DNA of 59,795 bases from Ruditapes philippinarum (taxonomy: Eukaryota): contig NW_026859932.1 in assembly GCF_026571515.1 (NCBI RefSeq), forward strand, positions 186,001-245,795, in the 5' to 3' direction. The position numbers and the translations under genes were made by a program. Within the stretch, counting starts at the first letter, position 1. Each line of letters starts with the position of its first letter. Under the pieces are notes generated by a model that did no database searches, was not told where the DNA came from, and worked only from the letters and a program-made list of their open reading frames with translations. Of this stretch, positions 26,490 to 39,749 are shown one piece after another.

Positions 26490-29400
26490 ATAATTGTTAA
26501 CATAACATGTTTAATACAAGCTTATAAAATGATTAAGTTAAATCAGAAAACATATTTATTTCTTTAAATGAGTCGCACAATGATTCGGAAGAAACTGAGT
26601 AAAAAAATGAAAGTGAATTTACTCGATCATATATATCGCAAACCTGTGCAAGATCATAACATTCACGGAGAAATGTTTGACAGTGAAATATTCATTGAAA
26701 TCTGTACAAAAATGAGCATCATTGCCTGTTAAAAGATGAGAATATGTAACTTTAGTGTGTCCTGTTCGACATCTAAGAAAACCACCTGGTCATTACGGTT
26801 TACAAGAAATAGAGATAGCGACACGTTAAGGCAAGAATATTATTGATCGCAAGGATAGAAAACATATTATTTTAGAAGGTCAATGTTAAATCATTGTTCA
26901 ATCAATAAACTGTTGTTCCTTATCTTTTTGAGTCTTTAGGTCAATGGCTAAAGTTACCTGTGACACATGATATAACTAGAAACGGGATTAACCATTGTTT
27001 ATGTTACGTAGCAGGGACGTTGCTAATTACAAACAAATGACACCTATTTGTTTTGTGCTCTTTGTATTAATTGTCAATGTCACAATAGCAATGAATGTAA
27101 AATAACTGTTCTTAAATAACTTAAGTCATAACGTGCCATTGATACACATACCCTTAATAATAGCTTTGCCTAGTGCTTATGGTTAAATGTTCTCTCTTTC
27201 AATATACTTTATACTGCAAACAAGTGTTGTTGTCTTCGCTTCCATAATTCATAGTGACGTGCCCTATTGAAGCTTCTAGATAACATGACAAAAACACTTC
27301 GCTCATTTTGATTTGAAATTCGAACATACTGATAACCTATTAGAGTCGTTATTACAAATGCTGGTATACGCTTTGAAACTAATGCAGCTACCAGTTTCAA
27401 TTTCCTGTTGTATAATTATTAACACTGTATGTGACAAACAAATAAAAAAATACAAATGACAATCGCATTTGGATTTCTTAAGATTGTATTCGTTTCCCCA
27501 AAAGACACAATAGTAATTAGTTAGTAGTTATGTCATTAACATACTCCAGGAAACAGTACTTTAATAACATTAACCCAATCTGTCTATCAAATTCAGATGT
27601 TTGTTTCTCTCCTGAATTTATGTTTTTAATTCGATTATATTCTCAATTATGTATTATATATAGTTATGTCTTATATATAACAAATCAGGTAATAAGCACT
27701 TGTAATGAAAGAACCGATTATATATTTGTTTCTATAAATGTAAGAATGTTCCAAATCAATCCGTTAAATTAATTGACATTTTATATACATGTAGATATTT
27801 AAATTAATTCTTTAGAAGGTTAACTCACTTATTGAAAAATTAACCTTGACATGTCCGTAGTTGTTTAAAGATGTATTTGCTCAGAGGGATTAGTATTTAG
27901 ACATATGCTCATTTCAATTAACATTGCCGATACCGTTCTGAATATAAATTAAGAAAGAAGAAACATTTATTCCCATGAAGGGACAAGTTTGATCGTGTTT
28001 AACATCGCACTTAGTTTCTCGTCAATTTTCATTAAGAAATATTGAAGAAAATATTGAAGAAAATATGCCCCGGAGATTCAATTACACAGCAATGCTCTGC
28101 ACGCGAAATTTATCATTTAGTTTTAATTTCAATCAAACACTAGCAAATAATAGAGAACAATATTTGCAGTATATAGAAAAATAGGATATCTGGGGTATAT
28201 TTCTGTATAGCCATGTGAGAAAAATATCACCAAAAAGTCGTGCATTCAATACAGATATCATAATTGCAAATAAATAAACCAAAAAAAAAGTCAACACATG
28301 AAAAAAAGACTATTATGATTTATGTTTTGTATTTAATTTCTAAAACATACAAACACCATATTGTTAACTTTATCACAGTATAGTGAGCGCATACTGTGAA
28401 ATACATTTGTCAGTATTTTTATATCCTTACATCAGCTAAACAAGGCAATGAACGGTTTTTTGAATACGACGGAAAAGCACACTATGCTGAATTTGATAAC
28501 AAAGCAAATTGAACAAAATCAAGGGTATAACATAGCATCTGCAGTTAATAAAGTATATTCGTCAAAGTTATGGGTAACAATAAATTCGTGATGTAATGCA
28601 GTGTAATTTGCCTAGTTATTATTCGTTATTTATCGAGGATAAAAGTACTTTATAAGATTATTTTGAATGTAGGTTATGTTTTTTCTCAAGATGAAAAAGA
28701 AAACTAAATCCAAAACAATCGACCAGATCAACACGCTATATTGAATTTGTCCGGTTCGATACGTGAAATAAGAAATGATCTTGAAAAAGTCTGATGTAGA
28801 TTTCTATTAATATATTAAAAACCAATATAAATTTGCAAATCACAAAATAATTTCTTATCTAATTTAACATTAAATCACATTAACCGTTACATAATGGAAA
28901 GGTAAAGTAAAAAATGTCATTGTTTTAGTATTAATTTATTTTTTAATAATTTTGAAAAGTATTTAACTTTAATAAGCGTTACTATAATTGTATGGTTGTT
29001 TTAAAAGTAAGGTATATAATATTGTTCAACTATATAGTAAAAGCCATACAGCAATTGAAAAAAGGTGTGTTAAAATATTGGTTTAAGTTCTGAAGAAGTA
29101 AATCATTATTCTTACATGCACAAAAAGCGTATAGTCTCTCGAATATATTAATTCACTGCTAAATAATCGGTTATATATAATCATTCATTTCATGCTAACA
29201 GGTGTTTTGAAAAAGAAAAGAAATAACAACGTGACAATTATTCATTGGTTTCAAAATAATAAATTAAAACTATTTTATTTTGTAATAACATGCTTTCTTA
29301 AACAGAAAGGAAGCATTTTAGCAGCTTCACAGAGTTAAGATAGAATTTCACTGCGGAGTTTTGTCCTTTATTATTGACTCCAGTGTTTCACGAAATGCTG

Positions 29401-31650
29401 TTTGATACATTCTTCTCACGCGATATTGGATGTCATAAATATAGAAATATGAAAGACCTTTGAGGATACTCACTTTTTGTTAATTAATAATATTGAAATA
29501 AATGATTGTCCAAGTTAAATAAAACGGAGATCAATTGAGTCATGTAAATCATTTCAAAATGCACAAATGTAGAAAGACACGCTTTGCATAAACAATTCAC
29601 AATCTATGTCATATAATAAAAGTATTTGATTGAAAAATGTTAATATTAAAGTTTAAGTAAATGCCGTTTATCTGAACAAAGTCACAATAAATATAAAATG
29701 TCGATCTGATACAAAATTGATAAGGAGTCAGCTATAGTTTATGTAACTTAATAGATAGATAAACAATGAGGGTAGATGACCAAGTACTGTGTTAGGTAAA
29801 AGGTTAAGGTCACGTTATATAAAATCTTGTTCGATCAATATACCGTATTTGAGAGACCTTGGTTTATGAAACTAAAAGGAAAATTGCACGTGGAATGTAG
29901 ATGACCCCTATTGATTTGAGGTCATTTTGTCAGTGATCAAATCAATGTGACAGTGATCTATGTGTAAACGCCTTGTCCCAACAATTAATTTAGAAGAATT
30001 AAGCCTTAATATATTTGACAGGGACTTTACCCATATCCAGCAAAATGAAGCTTACACTTTTAAACTCTACTCAGTTTACATTTCACGATAATTGTTTGCG
30101 TACTGCTGGTCTTACGTCTAATTAAAGCTTTGTTTATCATAAATTTAAATTAACAAATGACCAGACTGTATGAAATGTTTCATAATTTTGTCACATAACT
30201 TCAATCTGTAACAAATGAATTTAAGAAAAATGCCGAACATTGTATTTCTATAATTTCTCTGGCTTTTGTAATCTGCTTTTCGCCTATTGTCATGGACTTG
30301 AACTGTAATATTCTTCCAATCGTCAGAGTCAATCATTATTTTGAAGCATATTTTAAAATTGCAAACTTTAAGACGTTTAAATGGAACGAGCAAGCAAACC
30401 TTTTTAATTGTTCTGCCAATTGGTAATGATTGTTGTTCTATACTTCCATATGTTTTATACTGCAAACGGTAAGTGCTGTGTTCTTCATTTCAAGAACACA
30501 TTATATAACACAAAGTGACGTGCTCTATTGCAGCCTCGAGATAAAGATGACAAAATCGACGGGAAACACTTCATTTTTTTGTTTGAAATACGAGCATGCT
30601 GGTAACATGTTATAGTCGTTACGACCAATGCCGGTTGACGCTTTTTAACTAATGCAGCTGTCAGCTTTAATGTCCTGTATTGTAATAATCTGCACTGCAT
30701 GCAAATATAAAATTAGAAATGACAATCACATGTGATTTCTCTTGAGTACTTTTTGTGTAAAACGTGTTGTTTAAATTAGTATTACGCAAGCCATTTAGGA
30801 CTTTCAGGAACTTATCAAGAATCAATAGTAAATAACGAAGGTTCATTTGATTAACTTGCTGTAGAAATAGGATGCTGAACAGGAAAGGTGATCACTTTGT
30901 GCACCGTAGCATAATAGCATACGCCTACTAAAAGCAACAACAAAAATGCTCTGCACAAGATTATATAAACAACAGGCTAAGAACAACTGTTGATTTTGGA
31001 AAATGTGCAAAATACCATATAAGTATGCCTGAAATGTAAATTATACTGCCCCCACCTTCTTAATTAATTTAACGTTACAGGTAAATTCCGACGGATATTT
31101 ACATAATATTACCTAGACCACTTGAGTTATCTTTCATGCGAAGTAAATTATAAATTGAAAGGAATTCTGTTTAAATGTAACCTTATTTTGAAGTTGAACA
31201 ACTTTCCATTAGAACTATTTATATTCCTAATACCGATGAAAACGATAGTAATAAGAAAGTTGTTTTGTCATGAAAAAGACTTATTAATAAGCGAATGTTA
31301 ATGGTACTCATTCATTTAAATCATAATAAGTTATGATCCTAACTACTGCACCAACCTTATGAGATAGACATTCAAATAAGATGATTCTTTTTTCTGAATA
31401 TTTCTTTTTCAATTATTGTTTTTTATTAATTCGGTTTCTCTAAATTTATCGAATCCAATAACTAGCAGTCGCATAAAACAGGACATAACATGCATTTGTT
31501 GCTTTGAAGATAGATTCCTGGTCAATTCACTTAGTTTTATGATATTTCAAATAGAAATATAAATTAATTTCATTTAGAAGGTTTCCTCTTTTATCATAAC
31601 TAAACTTTCGCATTTCCTTTGTTTTATTCCTTTATTTTGCTCTGTGGGAT
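26490..31650 (+). repeat. Older paralogue of 2,440-7,934 (higher-order two-unit duplication)
   Basis: 26,500-29,640 is collinear with 2,440-5,680, and 30,990-31,648 with 6,130-6,175 plus 7,071-7,934. Roughly 85-90% similar by eye. Confidence 0.88.
29690..30030. mobile_element. Helentron-associated ~150-bp satellite-like fragment
   Basis: Two loosely repeated units containing GTAGATGACC(CCTATTGATTTG)AGGTCA..AAGGTCAC, a motif I recognise from abundant bivalve Helentron-associated repeats. Confidence 0.55.
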
Positions 31651-33104
31651 TCGTGTTAAGACATATGCTCCTTTCAATTATTATTGCCGACACTGTTCTG
31701 AATATAAATCAAGAAAGAACAAACGGTTATTCCCATGAAGGAACATTCTTGATAGTGTTTAACATCATATAGTATGTAGTCAATTTTCATTAAGAAATAT
31801 TGAAGAAAACATACCCCCGAGATGCAATAATACAGCAATGTTCTGCACGCGGAATACATTATTCAGTTTTAATTTCAATCAAACACTAGCTACCTCGTCT
31901 TTAACATGGTTCCTGCATTTCAACATTCACGTGTACGTGTAATGCTTCAAAATTTTCTAGCCCCATCATGTCAAAAAAAACCCTTAGCGAAGTCCCTTTA
32001 AAAGACAGTTATAATTTTGTATCGCCACGTGAAACAAAAATCACTGAAAAAAGATCATCCTGCATTAAACTCAGATATCGAGATTTTAAATGAAACAACT
32101 CAACAAAAGTTGCTATTTATATTACGTTTTTGAAATTCAAACATACAACTGCTTTATTATGCGTTCGTTTGAACTCATTAGTCCAGATTAAACTATTAGC
32201 GTATATTAGAAGTACATATGTCAGTATATCTATTTTCCTACTTCAGCTAAACTAGGCAAGATCCAATTTTGTGGTTATTCTATTTCTAATTCGGATGGCA
32301 ATACAAAACACACTGATGCATTTGATGTTGAACTTCATAATAATGTAAAATGTGTAATATAAAGAAACACAACAACTTCACATGGAAGCGGAGAGTAAAA
32401 CAATTTTATGTGACGTCAAAGTAACAAGTCAACAATGTTATACGTAATACAGTAAAATGCACATAGTATATTGTTTTTAATTTGTTAAAATATCTTACAA
32501 GAAGCAATTGTCATGCAAATGATTGTTTGTTTGTATGTTCGGGTTAAACGGAACATTGACACATAACACTGGCCATTCCGCTCTAAACACTTTAATTCTA
32601 ACATAGGAGTTAGTACAAGGTTATAAAAATGACTTTGTAATGAAATTATTAGAATACAGGTTTATTTTTTTTAGTAGTCTATCAAGCGTTTTCGAAGGAA
32701 CTGGATCAAAAGGTTCTGAAAGTGAATTTACTCGGTAACATCTATCACTAACATCTATATAGAATTTCTTTGGTTCGATACGTAATAATTATTATAACCA
32801 TCTTAAATAAAAAAAAGTCCAATGTACAGACAAAATTATAAATTTTGATTAATATATTAATTATATATTGCTATCTTATAACAAACATTAAATCACATTT
32901 ATCTACTTTAGAATGGATATAATTTGGTCTGGACTTGTATAAATATAACTATTTTTCTAATAATAAACATAGAATGTTATCTATTTAAGATTTACGGTCT
33001 GTACTTTTGTCTTGAATGTAGACGTGTTTTGGCTGAGACAGGAAATGAGCTGATATCATATTGAATATCAAATCGTCTTGTTTGTACTTATATATCACAC
33101 ATTT

Positions 33105-33312
33105 GTTTGTTTGTTTGTTTCATTTTACGCCTTTTTCCAACAGTATTTCAGTCATATAGGCGGGTAGTTTCCTAACCATCGTTCCTGGAGAGTTACACCA
33201 GTACTAGACTACCTTCCTCCGCGCTAAACTACCGAAGCATCTCCCGGGGATCGAACCCACGCCAGAGAGGTAACTGGATTAGAAGTCATCGACTCTAACC
33301 CCTCGACCACGG
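33105..33312 (-). mobile_element. tRNA-derived V-type SINE, near full length, with target-site duplication
   Basis: The reverse complement reads TGGTCGAGGGG (A-like), GGTTCGATCC (B box), ...ATATGACTGAAATACTGTTGGAAAAAGGCGTAAAA and an (AAAC)n tail. ACATTT is duplicated at 33,099-33,104 and 33,313-33,318. Empty site at 20,182-20,187. Confidence 0.85.
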
Positions 33313-33569
33313 ACATTTAATTTGATGTAATAAATTATGTCTTTCTATTCTTTTTTTGCTATTAATCTTTCTCTTATTGAACTTTATTCTAATGATTTAA
33401 TCCCCCGAAGTTCCCTCGATATCCCTTGTCACGCTAAACTTTTATGTTTTATTTCTAGAAATAACTAAGTTTAAATATGGTTTACCTTTCCAAAATAAGT
33501 GTTGTTGCTATTGTGTAGATGTCTAGAAGAATAGGTGATATACGTATGAACACACATGCGGATGTTTTT

Positions 33570-33690
33570 AAATTCAAAATTATGTTGAATTTGCTTAACC
33601 ATCCGGCCTGGACGGTAGCTTGCACTCTCAAGTACTGTCCATGAACTGGCTCAATCAAACCGAGCCGGCAGCATTTTCTACTTTGCCGTT
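33570..33690. mobile_element. Dispersed repeat/MITE fragment with an opposite-orientation relative at ~36,300-36,390
   Basis: CATGAACTGGCTCAATCAAACCGAGC is approximately the reverse complement of GCTTTGGTTTGATTGAGCCTGTTCATG. Confidence 0.5.
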
Positions 33691-34857
33691 TTGAACTAAT
33701 TGAATAGCGGTGCTGTTTCACACTGTATTATATTCTACAACCATGTTAACGCATATAGTGAAAACCGTAATGCTATTGACTCGTCTGTACAAATATTGGT
33801 TCAAGTCATTTATTCCTGATGTCGATGTAACAAAAAGGTTAATCAATGCTCTTACATGCACATAGAAACATGTTAAGTCTCTCGCGGCTAAAAGACGTTA
33901 TTATTGATGCTAAAATGGGTGTCTACTTTTTCCGATTAATTTATCACTCATTTCATGGTATCGCGTGTTTTAAAATAATAAAATAAGAACGTGACAATTG
34001 TTCATTAGGTTCAGAACATTGCATTTAAACTATTGCTTTTAAATTACATATTGTATAGAATTAAAAAAACATTTTGCAGCTTCAAAGAGCTGATACAATT
34101 TTTATAACGCAGTTTTGATCTTTATAATTGATTCTAATTTTTCACGCAATGCTGTTTGATACTTATCTACACGCGATATTGAATGTCATCTATATGGAAA
34201 TATGAAATTCACTTTTTATTAATTTGTTATGTTAACATTAATGAGTGTCTGCCCATTCTAATTAATACAGAAATCAATCAATAAATATTTTCAAATCGAT
34301 AAATAGATGGAATTGTATTTGATAGAAAAATGTTATGATTGAATTTATGATTTCAAAATAATCATGTTTACAGTATTGTCATTTATTTTTATAAACGTAA
34401 AGCAATTATTTAAATTAAAAGCACTATTTCAACTTTCTGACAGCTTTTATATAATTATTCAGAATCTTACTACGATGTTACGATATTGCCAAAGATAAAT
34501 GTTTTTCCTCATATCGCTATCTGAAAGTTTTATACCAAGTAAGAATATGAAAACCAGAAGGTGATTGTAAATATCAATTTTCTTTCATTTAAATTAGACA
34601 AGCGTTACTGGTTTAGATTTCATGAATATTCATTATTTATTCAAATATATCTTGCTGTACCATTTTCTGAGAACTTAATTCATCAATTTGAAATCAAGAC
34701 TTTTGGCTCTGTAAAACATTATTTGGTATATTCAAACAAGAAAGGGAACCTGAAATGGTATTTCTTTTGTAAATTAATAATAGTAAACAAGACAATCATG
34801 ATAAAAATGTAACACTTGTTGATCTTGTTTTATCCTATTTCATGAAATGAAGTTATT

Positions 34858-35244
34858 AACGAAAAGAGCCGATGGGAGTCCGACAAGATTTATGTTTAGT
34901 TATGTTAAAATTGTTGGACACTATCATGAACTTTGTATTTAAGTGTGACATTATGAAGTTATTAGTATAAATAGAACTTAAGATAAATATAACTTGTCAG
35001 TTTATTTAACCATAATTGTTTTCTGTGCTGAAAAAGGCAATAACTTGGCAAAAGTAGAAACCATAGTAACTGTTATGTAACTTGCCAATATCATGTACTT
35101 TGTGTTGATTAGTAAATCCGTAAATTATGAAGTCATCGGTACAGGAAAAACTTAAGAAAATTCCAACTTGCCGTTTTAGTTAACCTCTTACGGACAAACG
35201 GACGGACGGGCGGTTCAATTACTATATGCCCGGGTACATAAAAA
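34858..35244 (+). mobile_element. Decayed HINE/pearl-like non-autonomous element
   Basis: AAGGCAATAACT..GTTATG..AACTTG core, (GGAC)n tract, and ACTATATGCCC..GG..CATAAAAA end, typical of bivalve Helentron-associated elements. Confidence 0.65.
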
Positions 35245-38200
35245 GAGAAAGAAACAAACAAAACGGCACAATTGCAAATATTGCAGACTCGGTTTGATTT
35301 AATAAATGTCAGTGGATAAGTTAAATTAAATTCAATGTATTATAAACCACAAATATGTCGTCTTTGTCATGAAAATAATCTGAGGATTATGTTTATTGAT
35401 AAAAAGCCGCGGTATAATCATTATTGATACTTGAAACATGTATAAAGCTATTGAAATCTACTGAAAGAAATGTAACAAATGCTTTCTAAACTCACTTTTT
35501 CAATATTGTCGATCAGCAGGCTAAATGACACGGAACTTGCATTTTTCAAATCTCATTTATTTTCTTTTTTCTTGTGTTTGGGGGATGGAGGATACACTTT
35601 TTCACTTTTTGACTTAATGTACATCAGAATATAAAAGTATAGCTATTGAGTTTTCATATTAAATTTTGTAATACAGAGACACAAAGTATGTTGTAATTGT
35701 TCTGGTTTAGGTATATATTGTTGTTTACACTATGTTGTTTGCCAGCTGTAATCTTTAGAGAATAATAATACGAATTATCCATATTTATTTGCGATGTGCA
35801 AAGATCGACTGGGTCCTTACATGGCAATACTCCTTATGTTAAAACTTTGTCTAGACAAAAACGCATTCCAGTTTTTATAGTGCTTATGTTGCAAATTTAT
35901 ATTTATTCAAAACATTGCACAGTGATGTTGTTATCCCTTGTTTTAGCTTCTTTATTGCTTTATGTCCGAACAGACATAGCAATTAAATGTTAAAGATAAC
36001 GATAATAGATAATTTGACTTCAGCTTTTATAATTAACTGAGTAATATCTATCTGCTTCAGATGTATTTAACAACATTGTTGTCTGATATATTGACATAAT
36101 GTATTAGGAATGGCTATATGTTTGTATGAAAATCTGATTGGGAATTTGACAAAGCTTTGTTTTGAATTCTTAATTGAAATTTATTTCACAACGTACACAT
36201 TGTTTAGTTAATGGCAAATACTTTAATCGATTTGTGAAATTTCAAAAGGAAATAGATAGTGAAAAATGGAATCTCTAAACAACGATCAAAACGATAAAAT
36301 TAAAACTGCAGCAGCTTTGGTTTGATTGAGCCTGTTCATGAACGGTCTTGGAAACCGACTTAAGCATAATTTAACATTTAAACGCGAAAATGGCGAAGTT
36401 ATGTATTTAAAAATATTAATAACAGAGAATTACTGCTAGATATGTAATGGAAAACATATCACTTTAATGTACATATGAGAGTTAATACTGAATTGAAACA
36501 AATTGCCAACGATTAATGTCTACACAATTACGAAATTAATACGTTCTGAGAAATAAATCAAGGAGATTTAATCAGTTACCGATTTTGTTTCATTTAAGTA
36601 CAGCAATTAACTGCAATATGCTATTATAATTGTCTAGTGAAATTACATTAAACGTTATAATTACATATCTATACATTTTATAATCGTGAGTTGTTATACG
36701 AAGTTGAAAAAAATCTAGTCACCATATATTGTGCACTTCAGGACTGAGACACCAAGATATGACACCTTTCATTTAGATTATAATAATATACTTTCTTACG
36801 AGCTATAACAACGATGTGTTTCAATGTTTGATCGTGTCTGGTCAAAATGCGCAAACAATAAACATGGTAAATATACGAAATCAAGAATTAGGAAGAAATT
36901 AAAGTTTTTATCATTGAACTTATAATATACCAAAGAAGTCTTTGAGATGTGTCAGATGACCAATAAAACATTTATGTTGTCAACTTAACTAAAGGCTTCA
37001 TTTACAGTCAGCGTCAATAGAGTTTTGGGCTAATTGTATAGAGTGCGTAAAATGTCGTCCTGTTTTTTTATTATATTTTTTAATGAAATGAAAGAAATAA
37101 TGAAAATTCTTCACATTAAACAAAATATTTTTAAGTTTTACTCTCCGATAGGATGTTATCGAAACTATCAAAACATCTTTCCTTCATTGCTTATATCTAA
37201 TGATTAGGTTTGCTTAGGTATGATAAGGTATTAAGTACGATTTTACACAAGAAACTTATTTCATGAGTTAAAGTGACATGCCCTGTTTATGCCTCCCGAT
37301 AAGGTAATAAAATCGACAAGGAAGACTTCACATATTTGTTTGCAATCCTCACATGCTGATAACCTATTTGTGTCGGTATTAATGTGCTGGTAGAAACTTT
37401 TAAATTTTACGCAGTTGTCAGCTTAAATTTCCTATGGCATGATTATCGACACTGCGTGTGACAAATGTTAAATGAGAACAGACAATCACATTTTGTTGTA
37501 AGACTAGGAAAATTAGTCACAGTTAAAGGAACTTAAAATTCATAATATCAAATACAAATTATTTGTTTCGACGTATTGCTGTAGAATTGACAATATTTCA
37601 AAAATGGCCTTCAAAAGATTATTATCATGAACAGACTAATTTTAATTGACCGAAAACTTTTTAGTTACTGAGTGTTTTTGGTCTTCCCAGTTTGACTATT
37701 CTGTAGGCCAATACTTTATAAAAAAAAATGGGCAATGTTTAGTTTAACAAGCACATATTGACATTTCGAAACATGTACATAAATTTATTCAATGAGAAAA
37801 TGTAAGGAAGATAATGGAAAATATCATTCTTATTAAGGATATCATTAAATACGTCAAACCAGGATTGTTTACAATTTCCTAATACAAACAGACATAATTA
37901 TCTAAGTATTTAATCGAGTTGAAATATTTAGAGATTGAAAATGTAGCTTATTGTAATGGCAATCTAATTTACTTAATCTTACAGCACCCATTTCAAGCGA
38001 ACTCTATCAAATTCAAATATAATGTCTTTTTCTCTGAACATTTGATTTTATATTCAGTAATCCTTTTTCGTAATGTCTTGTTTTGAATCCTTTAAATTAA
38101 AATAAAATGTAATACCTTTTAATACTAAATATCGCACTGAATTGGTATTAAGATATATACTCCTTTCAATTTACATTTTAGACGCTGTTCTAAATACAAA

Positions 38201-38734
38201 TCAAGAAAAAAACAGAAGGGAAAGAAACGTTTATTTCCATAAAGGGAATATCTGTTTTGTGTTCAGCATCGCATTTAGTTAAACTAAATAAATATTTGAC
38301 GACAAAGAATCGGTATAGCATTCAACTTGTGATGTTAAGAATTATAATGTGCGTCGCTTTTATTCTTTATTGATTCAAGAACAAATTTACTATAAAATGC
38401 ATTTTGTATGCAAATGAATCACAAATGTATATCTTCAGGTTTGGTTTGTTCCAAGTTTCTTAGAAACAAACTAGGTTTTTAGACGACGAATAAGCTACTT
38501 ATTACCATACCTAGAGCATTTTCCTTAGATGAAAACCTTACGTACACAACAATAGTCCAATGAAGATTCTAAATTATTAGTTGAAAATAAACGTGTTATT
38601 GGATGTTAAATTTGACGGAATTTACATTTCAGTATTCATAGTTAAATCTAATTTGGTGTTATAAATCTTGCCGTGTTTTTTTTCAATGTATGTTATTTAT
38701 TCTGCTGATATATAGAATCACCAAATAGTTTTAA

Positions 38735-38980
38735 AACAAGTCACATGACTTGAACAAACCCTTGAAGTTACAACAACAGATATTGTGGATATTGTATGAT
38801 TGAAACAAGTATAAGTCATTCTTTTGACATGTTCTTTAACGTTTCAAGAGTTCACTGTGACAACTATCGTGAAATCCTTGAGCTCTAACCTGACCCACGA
38901 AACAACCATTTAATTCTTTAACCGGAGAAAAGTTTTGTTCTTTGACTGTCTAATATATTCATTAGTCGGGGCATTTAAAG
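38735..38980 (+). mobile_element. Possible very decayed HINE-like element
   Basis: AACAAG start within the hairpin CAAGTCA-CA-TGACTTG, and a GGGGCATTTAAA end. Confidence 0.3.
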
Positions 38981-39584
38981 AATAATGACTGAATAACTCA
39001 AAACTTAGAAATGAAAATTTTGCCTGTGTCTCCCTGTGTCTGAGAAATGTTTAACTTAAATCAGCATGACTCACCTAGATTCATGCTTATTTTCATGAAA
39101 ATTTTGAAAATGTAAGTAATTTGCAAAGTGAACAAAGAAAGTACTTTACACATTGCAAACGGCACTTACAATCCAAGTGAATTACTTGAAAGAAGTCAAA
39201 ATATTCGATGTAGCCCTTACTGCGTTAGTTGCGCAGAAGTAAAATTGCAAAATCAAGCTTTAATCGCACCTAACATTAATCATTACTTGAATTTTTAATC
39301 TCTGTACCTTTCACTAGATCTTAGCATATTTTTCTCCAGTGTTTGATTTTCTTTAAATATTCCGGTTTATCTGGAGGCACGCAGCATTCCTAATTGAATG
39401 TTTTTTATATTGAATAAATAGGTTTACAAGGTATGGCATATTAACGCTCTAATCTTATGTCGCAAAAAAACGTGCAACAATTAAATCGTCTGCATCAGTG
39501 GAATCATAAATATTTCAACGTTATTTCCCCTGATTATTTCGACGATAACTGTCTATGCATACTTTAGTTTGTTAGTTAAATAGT

Positions 39585-39626
39585 GAGTTAATAAGTAGGT
39601 TAGTTTGTTTGTAAGTTAGTTAGTTC

Positions 39627-39690
<64 letters not shown>

Positions 39691-39749
39691 TAATTAATAA
39701 GTTAGTAAGTAAGTCAGTCAGTCAGTCAGTCAATCAGTCAGTTAGTTAG
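39585..39749. repeat. Compound microsatellite (GTTA)n/(GTAA)n/(GTCA)n
   Basis: Read directly; the purest GTTA run is ~39,627-39,690. Confidence 0.95.

Noticed and set aside
29350-29560. TGA/TGG and ATA/ATG alternation in block F suggesting mitochondrial-code (NUMT) or other variant-code coding
   Set aside because: Conserved TAA stops remain, substitutions are not third-position biased (about 7/6/8), and the translations resemble no mitochondrial protein.
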